Shown piece by piece: positions 56,983 to 64,000 of a stretch of DNA of 64,000 bases (the stretch's first letter is position 1; the number at the start of each line of letters is the position of its first letter). The translations under genes and the position numbers were made by a program. The DNA comes from Adineta vaga (taxonomy: Eukaryota > Animalia > Rotifera): NCBI GenBank assembly GCA_021613535.1, contig CP075496.1:4836001-4900000 (forward strand). Reading direction: 5' to 3'. The notes beneath the pieces are model-generated. The model saw nothing but the letters and a program-made list of their open reading frames with translations. It was not told the origin of the DNA and searched no databases.

Positions 56983-58020
56983 ATGTCTAACAGTGAATCG
57001 GACGATGAATCGGAACGTTCTTTTGCTCATTATAACTATTCTACTCGACCTGACTGGTCCGATGTTGTGCCAATTGAGCAAGATGATGGTCCAAATGCTG
57101 TTGTTAAAATAGCTTATTCAGACAAATTTCGTGAGACATTCAATTATATTCGTGCATGTATGCAAGCAAATGAAATGAGCGAACGAGCACTTGAATTAAC
57201 GAAAGATGCTTGTCTTTTAAATCCAGCTAATTATACTGTTTGGTGTTATCGACGTAAATTATTATATCATCTCAATTGTGATTTAAATGAAGAAATATCA
57301 TTCATTGGAAGTATGATTCGTGACAGTCCAAAAAACTATCAAGTAATATTTGATTAAAATCATAAGAAGAAAATCTTTTTTTCTTTTTTTTTCTATTAGG
57401 TTTGGGAACATCGTCGTTTAATTATTGAACGTTTAGGTCATACAGCAAATGAATTATCATTTCTCGCTGATATTATTCAATGTGATTCGAAAAATTATCA
57501 TGCTTGGCAATATCGTCAATGGTTATTGAAAACCTATGGGCTTTGGTCGGATGAATTGACATATGTTGATCGTCTATTACAAGAAGATATTCGAAATAAT
57601 TCAGCATGGAATCAACGTTATTTTGTTATTGCTCATACAACAGGTTTTAAAGATGATATTATCGAACGAGAATTAGATTATATTGAAAAACGTATTGAAT
57701 TCAATCCAGATAATGAAAGTGCATGGAATTATTTACGTGGCATAGCACGATTTCGTTCAACGAATTTAACAGATCAACGTTTATGGAAATTTTGTCAAAA
57801 TTTATATGAAAATAGATATCAAAAAGATGATTTTAATAGTCAACAATGGAGATTTTTATTAGCATACATGATTGAATTATTAATTGATGATGATCGAGCT
57901 GAAAAACATGACGAAAATAAACGAACAATAAATGATCTTTGTGAAAGATTAGCCGTTACAATTGATCCTATACGAAAAAAATATTGGCACTATATTCAAA
58001 AGCAACATAGCACTAAATAA
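56983..58020 (+). CDS. FNTA: Protein farnesyltransferase/geranylgeranyltransferase type-1 subunit alpha (2 exons, intron ~57343-57399)
   Basis: RPDWSDVVPIEQDDGPNAVVKIAYS, NPANYTVW, PKNYQVWEHRR, KNYHAWQYRQW, RNNSAWNQR, DPIRKKYW. Confidence 0.95.
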
Positions 58021-58226
58021 TGTTGACTTATTTCATGTATTTCTTATTTTTCTTTTGCGTTGTATTCATTTATGATTGTTATCACCGGTTAGGATCGTAT
58101 TCGATCTCCATTACATTTTCTTTTCCATCAGAAAATAAAAGATAAAACGATTAATCAGCAAAGTCAAAAACAAATATATACAAAATGAAGTGATATATAT
58201 ATATTGAAAATCTATTAAATTTGAAA

Positions 58227-59874
58227 ATGTTTGCTCTATTGACTTGTGTCTTTTTCCTTGCTTTCTGCAAATGTTATGCACTTAATAGTGATGGAGTGCA
58301 TCGAGTTTATGCAAATGGTACGTATAGAATCGCAAATGTGAAAAACTAGAACACTGTGACAATGACAGAAGCAACTTCTATTTTGAAATACATAGACATC
58401 TTACCTATATATTGTATTCGCTATTGAGTACGACGTTTGTTTTTTAGGTGAAAGATCTCAATTAGAATCAACGCGTGCTGTAAATGTAAGCACATTTTAC
58501 AATGTTATTGCTCAGGATGGAGCTGATCCTTGGGTTTATAAACATTCAGATGGATGGTATTATTCCACAAAAACTACAGGCGGTGACGTTCGTATTTGGC
58601 GATCACGTACTTTTATTTCGATGGATGCGGGCGAAAGTCGAGTCGTATGGAAATCTCCAAATTCAGGTCCTGCTTGTCGAGCGGTCTGGGCCCCAGAAAT
58701 GCACTATATTCAGTCACGTTGGTATGTGTGAACATGTATTTATGTCATTTTTAATTTTATGATTATTATTAAAAGGTACATTTATTTTGCTGCAACGACA
58801 TGTGATGATAAAAATGAAAATCATCGTATGTTTGTGATCGAAAATACAAATGCTGATCCATTTTCAAGTACATTCACATGGAAAGGACAAATAACGGATG
58901 CGACAGATAAATGGGCTATTGATGGTACTGTACTTGAGCTTCCTTCTGGTCAACTCTATTTTATTTGGTCTGGTTGGGAAGGTAATATTAATGAAAGACA
59001 AATCTTATATATTGCTCAAATGTCTAATCCATGGACAATTAGTAGTGCAAGAGTAGAAATTGCACGACCTACATATAGTTGGGAAATCAATCATAAACCA
59101 TATATTAATGAAGGACCTCAAGTTACTATACGTAATAATATTATTTCACTTGTTTATTCGGCATCGGGTTCATGGACAAATGATTATTGTCTTGGTTTAA
59201 TGACTGCATCAGTCAATAGTGATCTAATGAAAGCAAGTTCATGGAAAAAAACTGCCAATCCAATCTTTCGTTCGAGTAATTCTATTTATGGACCAGGTCA
59301 TCAAAGTTTTACGAAATCTCCTGATGGTCGAGAAGATTGGATTATTTATCATTCTGCACGTTACAGCGGTTCAGGTTGGACTCGACAAGTTCGTGCACAA
59401 CAATTTACATGGAATGCTGATTCTACACCAAATCTTGGTTCACCAGTGAATCCTAATATTCCAATACGTATTCCATCGGGTGATCAATTACGCGACCGTT
59501 ATGAAGCAGAACATGCACGTCTTTTAAATGGTCCTTACGCACGTGCACATTCAACTGCATCGAATGGTCTTAAAGTTGGACATATTGATTATCCAGATAG
59601 TACTGTTGAATTTACTGTGCATTGTACAAAAGCTGGTACATATGTTGTAGTCATCCGAAATGGAAATGGATCAGGAGGAAATGCAGATGCAACACATTCG
59701 TTATCAATAAATAACGGTAATCCAATTGAAATATCTATTGTCTTTAGTGGATGGGATATATGGGGCGCAAGTATGATTCGAACAACTCTTAAACAAGGTG
59801 CAAATATATTAAGTTTTAAGAAAGGAACGAATTATGCTGAAATTGATGTCCTCGATGTTTTTCTTGATACATAA
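58227..59874 (+). CDS. Secreted GH43 (likely exo-alpha-1,5-L-arabinofuranosidase-type) glycoside hydrolase with C-terminal CBM6/35-like module (3 exons)
   Basis: Signal peptide MFALLTCVFFLAFCKCYA. GH43 motifs GADPW, VWAPE, WAIDG, INEGP, YGPGHQSF. C-terminal YEAEHA...VGHIDYPDS...LKQGANILSF. Introns ~58318-58447 and ~58722-58775. Confidence 0.9.
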
Positions 59875-59980
59875 CACGATTTTTAATAATTCTTGAAAAT
59901 AAAAATTAGATTGTCAAGCTAAACTTAAGTTTACTTAATTTTTATTTCGGTGCAAAACTTTCATCTCACGTAGTTTTCTT

Positions 59981-60874
59981 TTACAGAAAATTATCATAAG
60001 AAATTTTTAATTGTCCTTGTAATACAGTTACAGCATAACCACGTAATAAAACGCGTTGATTTTGTTTATCTAATTCACATTCAACATATCCACCACGATC
60101 ACTTTTTTGATAACCATAAAGAATTGTTTTATTCAACAATCGAGACCAATAAATAGCAAGAACAGTATGTGCACTACCTGTTACTGGATCTTCAAGAATA
60201 CCATTCCATGGAGCAAAATAACGTGAAATAAAATCTTCAGTTGTATTTGTTGATTTACTCGTCAGAATAATACCACGTATGAATGATTGTATCGAAGGAT
60301 CAAATTTAATTTCCGTTAAACTTTCTTGTGGTTTGATATTATCATCCAACGAAGATAATTCAATAAGGAGTTTTTTTGTTCGTTTACATAATTGTACGGC
60401 TAAAATCTGTTGTTTTATATTTAGTTTTAATTTAATTTCATCTATAATTTCATTATTCAGTTCAATAGATTGTGGATCACCTTGAGGAAAATCAAGTTGT
60501 AAACGACCTTGATTATCACATTTTTTAACTTTCAATTCGCCGACTTTTTTTGTTTCAAAAATTAATTCATCAATCGAAGTATTTTGTAGAATTTGTTCAA
60601 ATAAAATATGAGCTGTAGATAATGTTGCATGTCCACATAAATCAACTTCATTTGTCGGTGTAAACCATTGAAGAAAATAACGAGCATTTGAAGATGAATC
60701 ATTTGCTTTTGTAATAAAGGCTGTTTCTGATATATTCATTTCAGTAGCAATTTGTTGAAAAAACTTGTCCAATTTTGATGAAGATGGTACATCTTGAAAT
60801 GAAGTACAAACACCAGCTGGATTTCCTTTGAATAATTCACGTGTAAAAGCATCAACAGTATAGATGGTAATCAT
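59981..60874 (-). CDS. PBLD: PhzF/PBLD family isomerase-like protein, intronless
   Basis: YTVDAFT...KGNPAGV, MNISETAF, WFTPTNEVDLCGHATL, RYFAPWNGILEDPVTGSAH. ATG at 60874. Confidence 0.9.
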   Translation of the reverse strand: MITIYTVDAFTRELFKGNPAGVCTSFQDVPSSSKLDKFFQQIATEMNISETAFITKANDSSSNARYFLQWFTPTNEVDLCGHATLSTAHILFEQILQNTSIDELIFETKKVGELKVKKCDNQGRLQLDFPQGDPQSIELNNEIIDEIKLKLNIKQQILAVQLCKRTKKLLIELSSLDDNIKPQESLTEIKFDPSIQSFIRGIILTSKSTNTTEDFISRYFAPWNGILEDPVTGSAHTVLAIYWSRLLNKTILYGYQKSDRGGYVECELDKQNQRVLLRGYAVTVLQGQLKISYDNFL

Positions 60875-61106
60875 GATTTTCAATGAAGATAATATTGATA
60901 TGAAAAAACAAACGAATAGATAGATATACTTAAGAAAAGAATAAAAACAATCCAATCATGTCAGAGAGCGACACCTGAATGAATGAATGTAGGTCTACAG
61001 AACGAATCATTTTGATTATCGTACAAACCAATGATTTTCATTAGAACGATTTCATTCAATTCATCTTCTAATCTAATTCTAAGATTTATTCATTAGAATT
61101 AGAAGA

Positions 61107-63044
61107 ATGTTATCAAATAAAACATCATCGACTGTTCGTTCAGTTATCAATGCAATTCAACGTTATAAGGTTCTCAATACTTTAACACACGATTGTTTCG
61201 AAACAGCACTTGAAACTGAACAAAAACTACTAACAGAAAAGAAAAGTATTTAAAAAAAATCGTTAATTACCATCTATTTTATGAATATTCTCGTCCTATC
61301 TATCTCTAGATGATTCGCCATTATATGGACGACCAATTTTAATCAAAGATAACTTTTGTTTACGTGATACATTGACAACATGTGCTTCCAAAATGCTCGC
61401 AAATTTTCGTGCACCATATACAAGTACTATTGTACAACGATTAATTGATCATGGTTGTATTATTGTCGGAAAAACGAATATGGATGAATTTGCAATGGGG
61501 TATATTGCTGTTATTTTCCAAAAAAATTGAACATATCCTACATCAACTCTAGATATTCTTCAGTACCGCAAGTTGGGGTGCATTTGGACCTGTTGCTAAT
61601 CCATGGAGTTTAACAAAAAACATGGCAACAAATGAAGAAACGAATAAGACAGTTTTACATGTTGCGGGAGGAAGTTCAGGTGGAAGTGCAGCTGCGGTTG
61701 GAGCAAATTTAGTGTCGTTGTATGAAAATAATGCATAGATTTATTCAAATCATTTGTTTTTATTCATATTATTTTAGAGCACTTGGTTCAGATACAGGTG
61801 GTTCCATACGGAATCCAGCGGCACGATGTGGTTGTTATGGATTTAAACCTTCATATGGTTTACTTTCTCGATCTGGTCTAGTTGCATTAGTCAATTCTTT
61901 TGATGCACCTGGTTTTTTTGCTCGAAATATTGATGATCTTATCTATGTGACAAGTTTGTTTTATTTTAAACTTATTTTTGATTTTCCAATAAATAATTTT
62001 GAAATTCTAGATGCTGTCGCTGGTCCAGATGGTGAAGATGCTACTTTAATATCGAAATCATTTCAACCATTCAAGACATTACGAAATCATCGAGAGAAAA
62101 ACGAAAAATCATTATTGGTTTACCTGATGTGCGTAGTCTCGTTTTCTTTTCATTTAATTTTGATTCATTGAATGACGTATAGGATTATGATATTAATGCT
62201 CTATCAACAGAATATCGTTCATGTTGGCAAGATCTTGTACATCAATTGACGGAAACAGGCGAATTTGCATTCAGACGAGTACAGATACCGCATAAACCAT
62301 ATGCGAATGCAGCTTATACAATTCTCAGTTCATGTGAAATTGCTTCAAATATGTCTCGCTTTGATGGAATTAAATATGGTAAAAATAGCTGTGAATTTTA
62401 ATCTGTAAGACTTATTCAGTTAATATCTTAGGTCATCATACGGAATATTGATGCGAATAAAGGAACATATGAAACAATTTTAAGAAACACACGTGATGAA
62501 AGTTTAGGTGAACGAGTTCGTGGTCGAATTCTGGCTGGAAATTATTATTTACTTGAAGAGTAAGTGAGAATTATTTTATTGGATTTATTAATCGATTCTA
62601 TTTTGATTTCATTAGAAATTATGATAAATATTATGTGCAAAGTCAACGGGTTCGACGTGGTTTAGTCAATGATTACAAGAAGTTATTCGAAGAAGATAAA
62701 ATCGATTGTTTATTAGCACCTGTCGTGTCTGATGATCCAATAACGCTTGCTGAGTATGAACAATCAGATGAAATTTTTAGTGGTGATGATGGATTAACTG
62801 TAGATGCTAATCTAGCTGGTAAATATTTTTCAATAGTTTTGAGAAAACTGCTTCTAGTTACTACGAATTCTCTTTTTTAGGTCTACCAGCACTTAGTTTT
62901 CCAGTTCGAATATCAAGTAAAGGATTTCCGATTGGTTTACAAATAATCGGTCCATTCATGCAAGATCAAGCAGTACTTTCTATTGCTCAACGTATTTGTT
63001 CAACATACCATTTCCCTTTTCTTGATCTTAGCATCCAAATGTAA
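61107..63044 (+). CDS. QRSL1: Glutamyl-tRNA(Gln) amidotransferase subunit A, mitochondrial (GatA); apparent -1 frameshift at ~62083-62108
   Basis: [74 protein letters not shown]. Confidence 0.9.
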
Positions 63045-63147
63045 ACTCTATATTTTGTAAAACAATAAAACGAGAAAAAAAAACACCAAATGAAAATAGT
63101 TCAGATTGTTTAATATTCTTTTTCTCAATTGAAAGTAAAAAAATTGA

Positions 63148-64000
63148 TTATGCAGTACAATAACGTGCACTACAAATGTTTAACGGTGGTAGGAGATAAA
63201 TAAAGAAACCAGTGCAACTCATGACTTCTATTCTATATAAGTTAACCAATGCCTGGAGAGAAGTTTAATATTATTGTTCCATTAGACGAAGAACCAGGTG
63301 AAGCAGGTAAAGTACCGTTGAGCCAAGTTGATATATAACCGCCACAGTGGCTCCTACCAGGGGGTGAAATGGCCATTGTTGTGCCACCAGTACCAATAAA
63401 GCGTATCCAAGAACCACGGCTAGTCGCATTGAATAATGATCCGCTATCACATGCGGCAGAAACTGTAGTATATGCAATATTTCGTGTTGGATCATTAATG
63501 CTTGTATAAGATAAACAAGGAGGACCCACTTGGCTTCCTATGCTAATAGTACTGGCCATAACGGATGATGCTGTGCTTGATACTGCAATAGCAAAAAAAG
63601 CAACATAATTTGTTTTAATTATATATTTATGCAAAACCGAAAGAGACATAATACTGACATGAGTTTATATTATTAGTGTTTGTTTCTGATTCTGATGTTT
63701 TTTTTCGTGAATTAATTGTACTAATTAATACACCAAGAGTGATCGCTACAACGATAATAATTAAAATGATAATAAGAAATGTAATAATTAATGCTCGACC
63801 ACTACAAAGTATGTTTTCATTCTTGTATGGTGATCTAAAGAATATCTTCTGTTGAAAATCAAATAGTGAGATTTGATCTTACTCATTCGCAAAAATATTT
63901 GATGTTGATGAGTTTATATTTGCATCTTCAAAAATTAATCTTGGTGGTTCAATTGTCGATGAAACTTGTTGTTTTGGATCTTCAAATGCTTGTTGTTTAC
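63148..64000 (-). CDS. Single-pass membrane protein with C-terminal UMOD/GP2/OIT3 D8C-like domain; 5' end off-window; apparent frameshift near 63244 (possible pseudogene)
   Basis: TM segment LIITFLIIILIIIVVAITLGVLI, then PCLSYTSINDPTRN...WIRFIGTGGT...HCGGYISTWLNGTLP. After a frame change it continues IEVMSCTGFFIYLLPPLNICSARYCTA*. Confidence 0.7.

Noticed and set aside
61107-63044. Functional link between GatA and the Glu/Gln-like CUA tRNA
   Set aside because: They are 43 kb apart with unrelated genes between them, and QRSL1 acts on mitochondrial tRNA-Gln. Nothing supports a link beyond co-occurrence.
1-64000. CRISPR arrays, rRNA genes, intact transposons, prokaryotic operons
   Set aside because: None seen. 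The repeated motifs are MAM-domain coding repeats in a spliced eukaryotic gene.

Overview
Eukaryotic, AT-rich genomic DNA with compact genes and many ~55-65 nt GT-AG introns. This architecture, the lineage-type GPCRs and an intron-containing bacterial-type CAZyme suggest a bdelloid rotifer (inference). In order, the window contains: a partial Cys-less pentameric ligand-gated ion channel; SUCLA2; two tandem 7TM GPCRs; a fatty-acid-hydroxylase/sterol-desaturase gene; a FRAT/GBP-like GSK3-binding protein with a long non-coding flank; a structurally intact tRNA gene with a CUA (amber-suppressor) anticodon; a ~32 kb MAM/LDLa/EGF/TM receptor gene (~45 MAM domains, roughly 8,000 aa); an inactive MTMR10/12-like myotubularin; FNTA; a GH43 arabinofuranosidase with a CBM; PhzF/PBLD; QRSL1 (GatA); and a partial D8C/UMOD-like membrane protein. 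The most striking item is the putative nuclear amber-suppressor tRNA at 18406-18477 (-). Three apparent single-base frameshifts (MAM gene, QRSL1, D8C gene) may be assembly indel errors, so single-base claims need checking in raw reads. Exon boundaries were read by eye, and I did not check every small exon.
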